A stretch of DNA of 64,000 bases. It comes from Nemertoderma westbladi. Lineage: Eukaryota; Animalia; Xenacoelomorpha. Within the stretch, counting starts at the first letter, position 1. The number at the start of each line of letters is the position of its first letter. The notes below the pieces were generated by a model. That model worked only from the letters and a program-made list of their open reading frames with translations. It did not search any database and was not told the DNA's origin. Position numbers and translations under genes: made by a program. Shown in pieces: positions 12,353 through 24,761 of this stretch. The stretch covers positions 124,001 through 188,000 of the forward strand of contig JAUCBJ010003070.1 of the NCBI GenBank assembly GCA_032718475.1, read 5' to 3'.

Positions 12353-13349
12353 TTTTAGATATTTTTGATTTGATTATTATAATGATAAAAGCAAAGTGCA
12401 ATATTTCGGCAAAATACTGATATACTTTCGACCAATACCTATGGTTATGTGTACTGTGGTACTTAATACAACAATAATAATACAATAATTATCAAATTTA
12501 GTTTTTTAAGTTAAATCACCCCCCCCCCCCCCCCCCCCCCCTGGATACTCCCATGCTGTAAAACATTATTACATTAAATTTTTCGAACCTTTCTCACCTG
12601 TACGTAACCACCATAGAATAATTTTGATAATGATTCCTTATGTAAAACCAAGACAATAGATTAGCCGTAACGCGACAATTAGCCTTAACGCGACTTTTTG
12701 AATAGCCGTATCGCGACTTTTAAAGTCGCGACTTTCAGTAACGCGACATTAGCCGTACCGCCACTGCGCCCCTACAAATCTACCATTATTGACTATATTA
12801 ATATGAGTTCTGGCTGTCTTTCTGCTGTCTGTTCTTTTGGATGTACATACAATACATCAATATTTTATCATGGCTTAGTTTCATTCAACAACATACTCAC
12901 ACTATGTGGATAATGGTTTCTTTACCAACGTATGACATTCTGGTCTTCTAGTCTGTAGGTCTGTACAACTTTATCTGTCTGTCCGACTGTCTGTCTGCTT
13001 GTCTGTCAATTAGAATTACAGTAATGCTTGTAAAATTCTATATAATTTTGGAAACAAACACAATATAATTTCAATAATTAGATATTATTGATTTATTCAT
13101 ATGAATTTTATGTTTGTTGATGAGTGTAGCATTTACCTTATATAATGAACAGACAGACAGACATACTGACAAAAAGACAGACTCACAATAAATTACAGAC
13201 AACACAGACTTCATAAAATGTCTGTAGAAACAATTGTGTGTTCTTATACTGCAATTTAGTAGATAAATGTACTTGACTAAAATGGACAGACCGACAATGT
13301 AACCGACAAACAGACAGACAGACAGACACACAGACAGACAGATAGAAAT

Positions 13350-13555
13350 TAATTTTCTGTCCACCACTTCTATTCTCACCATCCGGATACAACATCACAA
13401 GCTTGTGTACAGGTTGATCCTGCCGATGGAAACTGTGCCCAGCAAGCATTAGGCGGCGCCTCTGCAGGGTGATGCTGGGTTTTGGCAGTGGTATGTTACC
13501 ATAGTTGAATAGCACATCATTGCTTATTTGTGCCTCATATGTAACGTTGTGAAAT
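13350..13555 (-). pseudogene. RTE-type LINE 3' fragment among (CAGA)n microsatellites
   Basis: ISNDVLF...RRLMLAGHSFHRQDQPVHKLV resembles the C-terminus of 29283-30356. Confidence 0.6.
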
Positions 13556-15570
13556 TTATACAATTTATCCTTCAATAGTTTTGATTTACTTGTAAGAATT
13601 TTATATTTCTTTGATAGTTGTATCATACAACATAAAATAGGCAGAGAAACTGACAAACAGTCAGTCAAACTGACATACAGACAGGGTACATTTATTATGA
13701 TACTCAACTTGGATTGTCTTGTTTTACTGATATGAATTTTATATTTCATTGATAATTATTGTTAATATAATTTTAATAATAAATTTGCAAGTATTTAATT
13801 TACAAGGAAATTATCACAAAAATTCAGCAGCTCAAGTCTTCCCATTTTTTCACAGCACAAGCGCAAACACCAGGGGGGGATCGATTCGAACCACACCCCC
13901 CCCCCCCCCCCGCCCCCCGGCCCAAAAAATGGTTAAAGAAAGAATCCTGTTGGAAACAATTATGTTGCTATGGTAAGCCCCTGGCACAGTTCATAAAGAA
14001 ACAGGGTTTTCGAAAGATGCATTAATAATTAAATTTAAGAGTAAAAATGTTAAGCGTTTTAAAGCATTTAAAAATTTGTAGTTTGTTAAGTAACCATATC
14101 AATATCAAACCATATCATATGTCCACCATATCAATGCGTCTTTCCAAATATAATTTCATTTCACTATTTCACAAATTTACACTTTTCTAAATCTTACAAA
14201 ATTGAAATAGGTCAGAATCGAACCAGAGGCATTACCCGACGCGTTATCCACTACGCTAATTTGGTACTATAGGAAAGTGATTATAATTAACATGTCATGC
14301 TTCCCTGTTACAAGGTTGTTCTAGCAAGTTTAAATATTCATAATTAATACGAATAATTCACAGCCATCTATCTAAAGGTTTAGCACTAGGGATTTTCATG
14401 GTCGCAGAATCAATTTCGAGTGTTAGTTTTAACACATCATGACTTCAAAATTGGCTGTCGATTATATTTTGACGGACAGACTGACAGGCTTACCGTCAGG
14501 AACGACTACGCCATATTTGGATTCAGCATGATGATGGAAGATGCCTATTTATGACCAATTTATAGAAGCGACCTATTGTGTCATCAACACCATCAGACAC
14601 CGTCTGGATCCATTGACAAGCTCATGGCTTCTCTGTCTGACTGTAGGCACTACCTTTATGAGCCTTTACTAAACTTAATGACTACCAGTTCTCTATGGCA
14701 TAGATGGAAAGCGATGAAAAATAATAGAACAATAATAGAACAATAACAGTCCGACACTCGACACTCGACAAGATTTACGATCTTTAGCGGTAAGAAGGAT
14801 CTCTAAGGAACGACCTATCCCACTGATGGTGCAGCTGTGCTGTGTGCGGTGGATAAACTTAACAAGGCAGAGTTTATTCACTCTGCTTATTCAAACAAGG
14901 GATCAATCAAAATACGACAACGAAGGACTCAGATCCGATTAATATTAACTCTAAATAATCCGAATGAAAAGACATCATTTACTCAAAATTAATGTTTTTT
15001 TTCCATGTAACACGTAATTTTATTCATCAATTGGTACTTTTTTGTTGCGTAATTCTTGAATAAAAGATAGAACGAAATTGTGCTACGAAATGAATTGAAC
15101 TGCAGTATTTTACTATACAGTATTACATCTTTATATATGTAATTATTATTTTTTTGGAAGTTTCTCCCATATTTGTAGTTCTGTATTTTCCCTCAGTTGT
15201 ACACTTTTAATCCATTCATATATTTTAAGATATCACTGTGATAAAATTAATATAAATCTTTAATGATATTTAATTAATTTCACACAACACAAACTACCCA
15301 CAACAAAAAGTGTTAACGTTGATCCTATATCTTTTTTTAGACGTATTAGTTCCAATGCAGTGCAGCGTAAGCCTCTGGGTTTTCCTGGTACTCTAGGTAA
15401 TCCTTCAGTCGACAATATTTTTCCTCGTGACTGCAGTATGCGGCCAGACACCATCGCAGCATTGTAAGCTCCCGTTCGGATGAGTATCGTTTCGACATGT
15501 GATCCATATCGCCTAGAGATTATGATATCGGTTAATATTTAATATGTACATAATAGTATCAAGACAGCAG

Positions 15571-16799
15571 GTGACCTGCTACATAGAAAGGGGGCTTCGG
15601 GTCTGGATACTCGATTTTAGGATTTTGGCACTTTCTAATGGAAAATTGTTCGCTGAGTCCGATTCTGAAAACCGTTGAGTCATATCTTTTTTAGTTTTGG
15701 AGTTATCCTACTTTTGTGAACCTATGTCAGACAATGTTGATGCTAATTTTTCACAATTTATTTAAAAAAATTACAAGGCCTACTGTATACGTTTGGAAAA
15801 TTTTAGAACTAAAAAATAATAAAGATACCTTGTACTATTGCACATGAACATTATGGTTTATTTTAATATTTTTTGATTATTTAATCTATTAATTAGTCAT
15901 TTTAAGTAATTTAATTAATTAATTAAAAGATTAATTAAATAATTAATTTGTTTTTTTTTTTAATTTTTTTTCAGAATTTTAATAGGTTTGTTTAGTAAAC
16001 ATACCAGTAGACATAGTAAAAATACCGAAACTGAATTAGGAATTCAACATCAGTTTATTATTTGCTATTATCCTAAGATCATTAAACATAATCGTGATAT
16101 TTTTTACTATGACCAACAGCCTTGCAGACTGAACATTTTCGGCTCTCTTTTAGTTTCTTATTTGGTGGTCTCACTTCTACAGATGGCCCAGCAACATCTG
16201 GATGATTGTTAGAAACACATAACTGTTTGCTTCCTGCTTTTGTTGGTCGTGGTATATCACAGAAGACAGCTCTAGAGAGTTCAGAAAGACAATAAGGTCT
16301 AACCTGTTCATATAGGTACCACTGACGTTCTGGTGATAGGCCTTGTGGCACCTTAGCCACAGGCAAACCTTTCGGTAGTTCGACTAAGAGATCTGATCCC
16401 TTTTCAGTTGTTTTAGGGATAGAACATTGAATAACTTCACTAGAAATCAATTTCTTCAGTATTAATCGCATACAACACGTCTAAATCATCTAATTCTGAC
16501 TGGTACAGATCCATCATTCAATTACGTGATAACTAAATAACAATGCACACTGCACACTGTCAGACCGAATAAAATGTGTACAATAAACTGTAAACAGCTC
16601 TAAAAACGTTTTAAATTTCCCGCCAAATATATCTGTAAGGTAGACTGTAAACCACCTTTTAACATACAGTAGCAATTGTATATGAAATGAAACAGCGATT
16701 AATCCTAAATAAATTCAAAAAAATGTACACTAATTTTAATTGCGTTTTTCTCGGAATTGTATTTCAGACTGTAAGCCATCTTTCTATGTAGCAGGTCAC
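15571..16799 (-). mobile_element. Internally deleted DNA transposon, probably Sola-like
   Basis: Perfect 20-bp TIR GTGACCTGCTACATAGAAAG (15571-15590 / 16780-16799). Remnant ORF 16082-16471 has PQGLSPERQWYLYEQVRPYC...DIPRP and CSVCKAVGH, which I recall as a Sola-type transposase C-terminus. No TSD seen. Confidence 0.65.
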
Positions 16800-17343
16800 T
16801 AAAAAAAGTTGATCAGGTAATAACTAGGCTACCTGGAATACAGGCGATGCAGCCCAGATTTCACCTAAATTTGCATATTTAATTTTTTTTTTAATTTTAA
16901 TTTATTGAAATTTAGCCTCTTTAGGTATATCACATACGTTTTTCGCATTAACCTTAAGTACCGTTTTCGTCTGATTTTATTATTAATAACAATAATCAGT
17001 TTCTCGCATTGTATTTTATAGCCGATAGTGATGATGGTTAGGGTAGAAATAGAATGGGAGGTTTTGTAAAGAATCGAAAATTCACACATAACGCGCATAC
17101 ACGGCTGTAGGCCTACATTATTTATAATTTTCTCTATAAAGTCAATAAAAAATTTAATTGTTGTTTAAAAAAACATGTGCAACCCATTGAAAAATCGTAA
17201 CGAAACGGTAGGGCCTACTTTAGAAAAGTTGTTTTTAGAAAAATATTTTCTAGTCGACTATAGACAACAGGTAAAAAAAATATATCGTTAAAGTAAATTA
17301 TATAGATAGCAATTTGAATACTCTTGTTAGTCGTTTAGAGCAG

Positions 17344-18551
17344 TGTTCGCGCTTTTAAGACCTTTGGCAGTTTAACCCGCCAAATCTATATGTCTTCTAG
17401 GTTATAAATCTACTCCAGCCTATGACAAGTATTGAACACCTATAATAATTCTAACATTAGCCAAAGCCAGTCTGTGCGCGACCATTCACCCGCTGGATAT
17501 ACCCGGGAGACTGGATTTGGATGCTTTAATTTGATTGCGGTGCAGGCCTACCGTACTATTCGATTGATCGTTAATATATAATCTCTGACAAATATTATTC
17601 ACCTTTTGGGAAATATTAGCAGTTCCTTTAGGACGTGGCGCTCTATCTATTTAAACAGAGCTATGACTTACACTATACACAACGGTATGTCTTATAGATC
17701 ACCAAAGTGCATTCTTTAGGAAATGCTTTGTTACTCGGTCAAGCACACACAGACTATTGCACACAACTGCACACTGAATTGCCGATATTCACTGATTTTA
17801 ATCATATATAAAGAGAATAACAACCGACATTTGTAGGGCCTATTAAGTAGCATTGAACTCACTACAAACCACGATAATGTATGTCGCAAATTGTTATATG
17901 TAACCGGTCTCTCTAACCTTAGTGTATCAAGAAGATTGGGGTTTCGGATCGTTATCAATATTCTTCCCAATAATAATATGTAAACGAACGATACAATTAA
18001 CAACACAGTAAATAGCAGTAAATAATGCAAGTGTACTTAACCAAGTTGACCAAGGTGCAAAATCGAGGTGCTGTAGTCAGTACCGAGATAACAGTTTGAT
18101 GATCTTATAATTAAAGACGCTCTAATGTCAGAAACATTCCCCGGCCGGTGTTCAAGGCGTGGGGGAAACGTCAGCACTGAATCATGGGATTCTGCTGTAC
18201 AGTTTTTACACAAAGGGAAAATCTCTGATTGGTCGAACTGACGTGGACACAGCTGATAGATGTCGTCATTTGAGCTGAGCAGAACAAAGAACCAAGGCTC
18301 CGTGCAGAGGCTCCACGTGTACAGCTCAGCTATTAGCTGTCGTCTTAGTAACTACACTGTTCCAAGAGTATTTCGGCTTTTGCGTCATGGAATTGCGGAT
18401 TATGTCCGCTAAAGTACACATACAGAAGAAATTACTTTTATGTCCTCTAAAACACCAGTACAGTAAGGACACGGCCCTTTTATGCCTGGTAAACCAACTA
18501 CAGAGTACTTCACGGGGAAAATAACTGGCTAATTACGCAAAAGCCTTTACA
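17344..18551 (-). repeat. 3' LTR of element A (1208 bp)
   Basis: TGTTCGCGC...CTTTACA. Preceded on the minus strand by PPT-like TGGGAGCGG (18552-18560). Confidence 0.9.
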
Positions 18552-18629
18552 CCGCTCCCAGAAAATGGGATTTAAGTCTATAAAATATAACAAATCACAG
18601 TTTCTAAAATATAAAAATACTCTAAACAG

Positions 18630-19915
18630 TTAGTCTTTCTTACGCGGACGGCGTTTACGCAGCTTTTTGAGGCTAGCAAGAGTCCTTTTCTCTTTGGAGC
18701 GAGCCACTTTACTAGGAGGGCTATAACTCCTGAGTGAAGGGTGCAATACAATTGCATCAGAAGGTTTAGGGTTACGGTCAGTGTCTCGTCCATTTCGATC
18801 TGCTTCTCCTCGAGCTGATTTTCCTCCGCTTGTCGTTGGACACGCTCGTCCAAAACTCTCGTAGAGAATAGGGTTGTCTAAGCTCGATATCTTCTTAGAG
18901 ATTCAAGATTTCCCAATCGAACTGAGATAAAGCCAATTCGTTTACCGCTTGGACTTGCTGTTATAACTTACGTTTATCTGAACAAACGCAGGTTTCCTTT
19001 CTGATCTTTGTAGAATAGCGTTTAACTCGTTTCGTACGACGCTCTCCTTCACCTTGATGAAGGGTTGTATTGCGTTAAACTGGGACGACCATACGGTTGA
19101 ATGGTGATATTAGGTGTCCGCGTCCCAATACGGCTAGGTAAGATGGGCGGCTAGCTAGAGCTCGCTGCCGGAGTGTTACCGATTAATTGTTAGGGTAGCA
19201 CTAGATCTTTGAACAGTGAATACAGCTCGTGAGGATCCGGGATACCATCAGAATCGAAAGTCTGAGGTCTAATCAAGGAACGAGGTGGTCTGACCGAGTA
19301 TTCCGGAACTATGATCGTAGGTTTACTCAAGGATCGTCTGAGTAGAACGAGCGTAGGTGATATGTCGAACAAGTTTCGGTTTCCGTGGATGTTTATGTCT
19401 TTCCGTTTATTAGTTGGGTCTAGGGCATTTATCGTAATAATACCAAAGACGCACGTCTGGTAGGGGAAACGCGAATGATATTTATTTGTTGTTACAATGC
19501 TTCTATCAAGAATTCCAAATATACATTAGAGTTACCGCGTCCATTTGTCTCTCTAACGTCTTTTCTTTCAAATCGATTTCGAATAGAATTTTCGCATTCG
19601 AATTTCAGTTGATCGTTCCGACTGTGCTGGGTAGGATATATGTTCGACATAGTCCGTATCGTGTGAATCGATAGAATGGCCAATGGTTCAGAAGTCCATA
19701 TACGTACTATTACGATGCGTGTAGCGAGCGGTGAATTTTCCCTAGTCCAATTCACGCGTAAGTTGCTTCTAGGAAATCGTCGGTTCGATATAACGACCAT
19801 CGTCCTCCGTAGTAGTTGGACTAGCGTCGCCGCGTATCAAGCTATCAACAAACACTTGTAAAGGTAGAGTATATCGCTCCCCGATACCAAGACCATCTTC
19901 TATCAACTCTGTTAT
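18630..19915 (-). pseudogene. Deleted, frameshifted remnant of the accessory ORF of element A
   Basis: Matches the N-terminal third (FDISPT..PEYSVRPP..ELYSLFKDLVLP, QAEENQLEEK) and the extreme C-terminus of 43710-47963. Exonuclease and knuckle region is absent. Confidence 0.85.
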
Positions 19916-21563
19916 ATCTGCTATATATGAGTTTATTAATATTATAATGAGCTTATAATTAGGCTAGCGAGCGTCGCTGCCTACCCCAATCAGCCCCCGG
20001 ACAGTGTAAGAGCCTCAGCGCAAATGTATCGTCGCCGCTGTGTTTTCCGCCAACGTGTAGCTACACAACGACAACGACACTAGCACGAGTCACTCCACTG
20101 TCCGTCCCAAAGGCTTAGATACACTTCAGGTTCTTACTGGAGAGTTAGGGTTACTTTCACAATTGCGACTCGCTACTGTAAACACACCTTAGTAGTAACA
20201 TTCGCCTATAAACTCACAAATTCCACACATACAACTGTCACAAATTACACACACTCGGGCCATTTGTCCGTTAGTCAGTGCCTTCCAGAATGCCACGTTA
20301 TTATTATGTATCCTTGGATACTAGCAGTGCGCTATTTATTTCTTACTATGCAATGGGCAAGCTTTCTATTGTTCTTTTTAACTTGTTTCTAATTCTAGCG
20401 TGGGTGTTACTATGGTGACATTATGGAAAGCTAGCGGTAGAATTAGGGTAATTCCAATGCATACAGATCTGGGATGCTATTTAATAGTCATTCTTTAATG
20501 GTCCAATATCTCGTTTATATATGATTTTATAAATTTTATCGGCTATTGACTCATACATGGGAGATTCTCACACTCTAACACACTTAATAGGATGAATCTC
20601 CGCTCCCGTGATCTATTAATTAATGGGATTTTGGGAATGTTATAAATTGCACAGAATGACAATTTATTAAATTCATTAAAATATGAATTTAAATTTATTC
20701 GCTGAAATTTTATTATTTGATAGTACAATTGACACAATTTGATTCCAGAGCAGGTCTGGGGACATAGGATCCTTAATTCTATGAAAATTGTCCTTTAAGA
20801 GTATCGGTAAGTGCTACGATATCTTAATCGACTAGAATTGTTAAAGGATCTGAATTTTACAGATTTTGATTTATAGATTTGTAAATATTAAATAATTAAT
20901 ATTTGAGATGGGCACCAATTTATTCCAGAACTTGTCTGGGGACGTTAACCACTGATTCTAGAATTTGTCTTTCAAGTATATCGGTGGGTGCCGCGATATC
21001 TTAATCGACTAGAATTACAGATGGTCAAAAGGTTTAACAGATTTATTTGCGTTTCACGCTACTGTTAGAGGGACATCACGCTACTATATGTATTATTATA
21101 TATGGTATGAGAGCAATATCGCACGAAGCAATGTCAGTGTGAAGAGGCAAGTCGTTTCCAAGGTCTACCCAGAGCTTGGTTTAGCCGAGGCACGAGGATC
21201 TGAACTTTGCATTCCTAATACTCTACTTACCAATAATACTTAAATATAGTAGGAGCTTTATTGTACTTTAATAAGTACGGACATTTCATCTTACTGTAGT
21301 CACGTATTTATAATATGATACGGACAGTAAGGAAAGAGAAAAATAATTATTTCTCGCCGTCGCACTAAATATATATTATAAGTAATTACGTACGTAATAA
21401 ACACTAATATATTGCACTAATCTACTAAATAATCACTAAAATAACATTCTACTAAATAAAATTAAAGAAAACGATTATAATAAAATTACATAATAATACA
21501 TACATAAATATAAAATAAAAACAAATATAAAATGATATAGTCACACGCCCACTCCATATGTTA

Positions 21564-24500
21564 TTATGTTATGGAGTCCCTAGATATTTGTCGGATTAGG
21601 GAAGTGGTCATAGGAAGAGTATCTTGCCTTCCATAGTTTCCGGACAGTTTTCGGTCTCTTTCCAGTAAACATAAACGACCAGCTGGGCGATGGAGTTGTT
21701 GTGTTACTTTCTCCGCTCCCTTGGCCTGTCTAATCTCTGCCGTGGTAAGATGAGGAGGCCATTCTTCTTCTTCTTTACTTAAGAAGTCGGATCCACCTAA
21801 CCAGCCTGGAGTATCTATCAGTTCTTGAGGAGTTGCTCCTCTGGAAGCAATGTCGGCTGGATTAATCGTCCCGAGGCAATGTCTCCATTGATCTACATTG
21901 GAGTTAATATTGTCATTATCTGAGGAGTATGGTGTTCCCTCAGTTGGGTCGTCCACCTCACTGCTCTCCACTTCCCATTCCTTTACTTGGTATACCTGTT
22001 GTTGAGGTAATCTCTCTTTGAGAGTTCTACGGGAAGGGCCAGTGAAGTACCAACCTACTCTAGTTCTTACCGCATAGGTTTGTAGTGGCTGTGGTTGAGC
22101 AGGCCGTTTCTCCAATGTCTCTAGCGCCTCATGCGCGTTTTGGCCGATGTGTATTTGCACTCCAGGATAATCTGTGTGGAATCGAGGTATCTTAAACTGC
22201 TGGATGCTCTCATCCTCGTCCCAGTTATAAGGTTCTACTTGGGTAGTAGCGAAGTTCTTTATAGCCACCATTTTTACTGACCTTATACTTTGTTCTCCTA
22301 ATTTATCCTGGGGGGTGGACAACGCACCTACATAGTAATCTGCCGTTATGGTAGATTTCCAAACCTGCATAATTCCTGACATATCCAACTTAGTTCGGAA
22401 TTTGGGTTGTCCAGCAAAGATGTCTTCGGCTAGTTCTTGATCGATGAATGTTCCTGTGCTGCAGGAGTCAAGGAGGGCGTTCACTATGTAACTTTTGTTG
22501 GGACCGTGAACTCTTACCTGCACTACAGGAAATTCTCTGATTCCTACGTTGGAAGTTGGAGGTTTCCAAGATGGTTGTCTGTCAAAGGTAGTTGGGGGGA
22601 ACTCATTGTCGGTGTCCTTTTCATACGTAAGTGCTCGATACACTGCGGTATTTATTAGGTAACAGGATTCGATGGCGTCGGAGAATTCGTCCGTATAGAA
22701 TCCTTCCATCTCAGACTCTTGATCAGTGTCATTTACATCACTGAATTGGACATGTAGTTCGGGCTCACTTACCTGACTTGGGTTGTTTCGTTCGAATTCA
22801 CTGCGTAACAAGATGTGATGTTTCGCACCGCACTTTGCACACTTTACTTCGGAGTAACAGGTTCGCCGTTGGTGTCCTGGTCTGAGGCAATTATAGCATA
22901 ACCGCTTATCCCACATGACTTCACGTCTGTCTACCAGGGATTTCTTTAGGAATTCAGCACACACACTCAAACGGTGGGGCCCGTCGCACAGCGCACATTT
23001 TGGTTTGATGTTACTCACTTTACCTTGGGCAACGTTATGCACTCTCGTTCTTTCTTCGGGCTTTCTTCCGTGAATTCTCTTAGGAGACGTAGGAGGAGTT
23101 GTTGTTACCTGTTCTCTCCGGTCACTGGTTCGAGACTTATATTTACTTACGTCTTTATAGGTCTTGTTGTCATAGTAGGATTTTGCTGTGTCTTTCCCGC
23201 TGTCCTCTTCCTGAGAGACTTGGCTTTTGCCGTCGTCAGTATAACACACTGGTGTTACCCTTCTCCTAGAAACGGGTTTCTCACTTACCTTATTTTCCGA
23301 TGTTTTCTCTCTGGACTGCTTTATAAGTTGTAATTTTACTTCACTATCTAAGAAGGACATGAGATCAGCCATGGTAGGGTCTCGTTGTTGTTGTTCCATC
23401 ATATATAACACTTTCTTGTCCCAGCGTGTACCTACTCCACCCTTTGGTAAAGTAGATGCTAAGGCTCCTACAACCATAGAGTTCTGGTATTCATGAGACT
23501 TACCTAACCAATCTAGCTGTCTACAGATCTCCTGAATTTCATCGGAAAATTCTATAATCCCGCTGCTAAGAAACTTTCGGGGCGCCATTAATTTCGCATA
23601 TAAATACCTAGCTATGTTAGTCCTATTACCATACCTGATGTTTAATGTATCCCAAACTTGTCTTAATCCATCTGGATATCCAATAAACTTTAACGCCATT
23701 AACTTGGGAGGTCCTTCCAAGCACTTGATGAGGAATCTAAGTTTCTCTCCGTTAGATAGTACAGAGTTCTGTATGCTATCTTTGTAATATTCATTGAAAG
23801 ATAACCATTTCATCTCATCTCCATTGAATTTGACGATTTCTCCCACTTTGACCGCTTGGTGGGCTTCTGTTCTAGCCATCTGACGCGTAAAACTTTCTTG
23901 AGCCATCGTATTATTGAATATAGAATTATCGGTATATAAATTTCTCGGATTATGATCAGGTCTATATGGAATATTATTATCAACAGGTTTATAATTACCC
24001 TGAATAGGGTTTACTATAGGAGTTTCTACTTCACTAGCAGTATAGATGCGTGTAGGCTCCACACCTTGCGCATGAAATACTTCAGACCTAACGGGTTGAC
24101 ACATTGTTACAGGGGGTGGTGTTATACCCCTTTGTATGTTCACTAATTTATCGCGTTCTAACGCGATACTTTGCTGCACCTTTTGCAACTCTAACCTACT
24201 TTCCCTTACTGTTCCCTTGAGCTGCTGAACAGTCTCTTCCATTTCCCGGACCTGCTGAGAGGAGCACAAACAGTGTTCCCTCAGCTGCTCGAGCAGGAGA
24301 CCCATCTCCCATCGTCCCTCAGCTACCCACTCAACCGCCGAAGCGGGAGTCGCCAACGTAGTAGCGGGCGAGTGAGAGACGACGGACGATAAATTCTTGA
24401 TATCTCGCTCGGCGTCCAGGACGGGTTTGGACTCGGGAACAGTCCTACTGGGCACAGGTAGTTTAGTACTGTTCAAAGGGAATTTATAGGCAGGTTCTGG

Positions 24501-24761
24501 GAGTACAGGTGTCTCTATCTTTCTTTCCGCTTCTACTGTTGCCATTGCCTCTGCCGCCTTTCTTTCCGCTTCTGCTGTTGCCATTGTCTCTGCCACCTTT
24601 CTTTCCGCTTCTGCTGTTGCCATTGCCTCTGCCGCCTTTCTTTCCGCTTCTGCTGTTGCCATTGCCTCTGCCATCTTCCTTTCAAGACCCTGTCCAAGTC
24701 TAAGACTCATTCTAACACCTTCCAAAAGACTATCTGACAGTGCCCGTTTTGTGTCAGACAT
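21564..24761 (-). CDS. Gag-protease polyprotein of element A with in-frame deletions of RT/RNase H/integrase, 1065 aa
   Basis: BEL Gag core (FNGDEMKW...EKLRFLIKCLEG) and three Cys/His knuckles. Protease site altered to LLDSCS. Followed by short RNase H-end (QWRHCLGTINPADIASRG) and integrase-tail (RPAGRLCLLE) pieces. Confidence 0.88.
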   Translation of the reverse strand: MSDTKRALSDSLLEGVRMSLRLGQGLERKMAEAMATAEAERKAAEAMATAEAERKVAETMATAEAERKAAEAMATVEAERKIETPVLPEPAYKFPLNSTKLPVPSRTVPESKPVLDAERDIKNLSSVVSHSPATTLATPASAVEWVAEGRWEMGLLLEQLREHCLCSSQQVREMEETVQQLKGTVRESRLELQKVQQSIALERDKLVNIQRGITPPPVTMCQPVRSEVFHAQGVEPTRIYTASEVETPIVNPIQGNYKPVDNNIPYRPDHNPRNLYTDNSIFNNTMAQESFTRQMARTEAHQAVKVGEIVKFNGDEMKWLSFNEYYKDSIQNSVLSNGEKLRFLIKCLEGPPKLMALKFIGYPDGLRQVWDTLNIRYGNRTNIARYLYAKLMAPRKFLSSGIIEFSDEIQEICRQLDWLGKSHEYQNSMVVGALASTLPKGGVGTRWDKKVLYMMEQQQRDPTMADLMSFLDSEVKLQLIKQSREKTSENKVSEKPVSRRRVTPVCYTDDGKSQVSQEEDSGKDTAKSYYDNKTYKDVSKYKSRTSDRREQVTTTPPTSPKRIHGRKPEERTRVHNVAQGKVSNIKPKCALCDGPHRLSVCAEFLKKSLVDRREVMWDKRLCYNCLRPGHQRRTCYSEVKCAKCGAKHHILLRSEFERNNPSQVSEPELHVQFSDVNDTDQESEMEGFYTDEFSDAIESCYLINTAVYRALTYEKDTDNEFPPTTFDRQPSWKPPTSNVGIREFPVVQVRVHGPNKSYIVNALLDSCSTGTFIDQELAEDIFAGQPKFRTKLDMSGIMQVWKSTITADYYVGALSTPQDKLGEQSIRSVKMVAIKNFATTQVEPYNWDEDESIQQFKIPRFHTDYPGVQIHIGQNAHEALETLEKRPAQPQPLQTYAVRTRVGWYFTGPSRRTLKERLPQQQVYQVKEWEVESSEVDDPTEGTPYSSDNDNINSNVDQWRHCLGTINPADIASRGATPQELIDTPGWLGGSDFLSKEEEEWPPHLTTAEIRQAKGAEKVTQQLHRPAGRLCLLERDRKLSGNYGRQDTLPMTTSLIRQISRDSIT

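Larger units (their letters stand above)
11235..12774. mobile_element. Foldback-like element with long inverted arms
   Basis: Termini TAGGGGC...GCCCCTA. ~11600-11780 is the reverse complement of ~12520-12720, including a polyG/polyC pair. Both arms carry GTCGCGTTACGGCTA motifs. Confidence 0.7.

Noticed and set aside
14400-14950. GC-richer patch that might be a coding remnant
   Set aside because: No recognisable motif or sustained reading frame.
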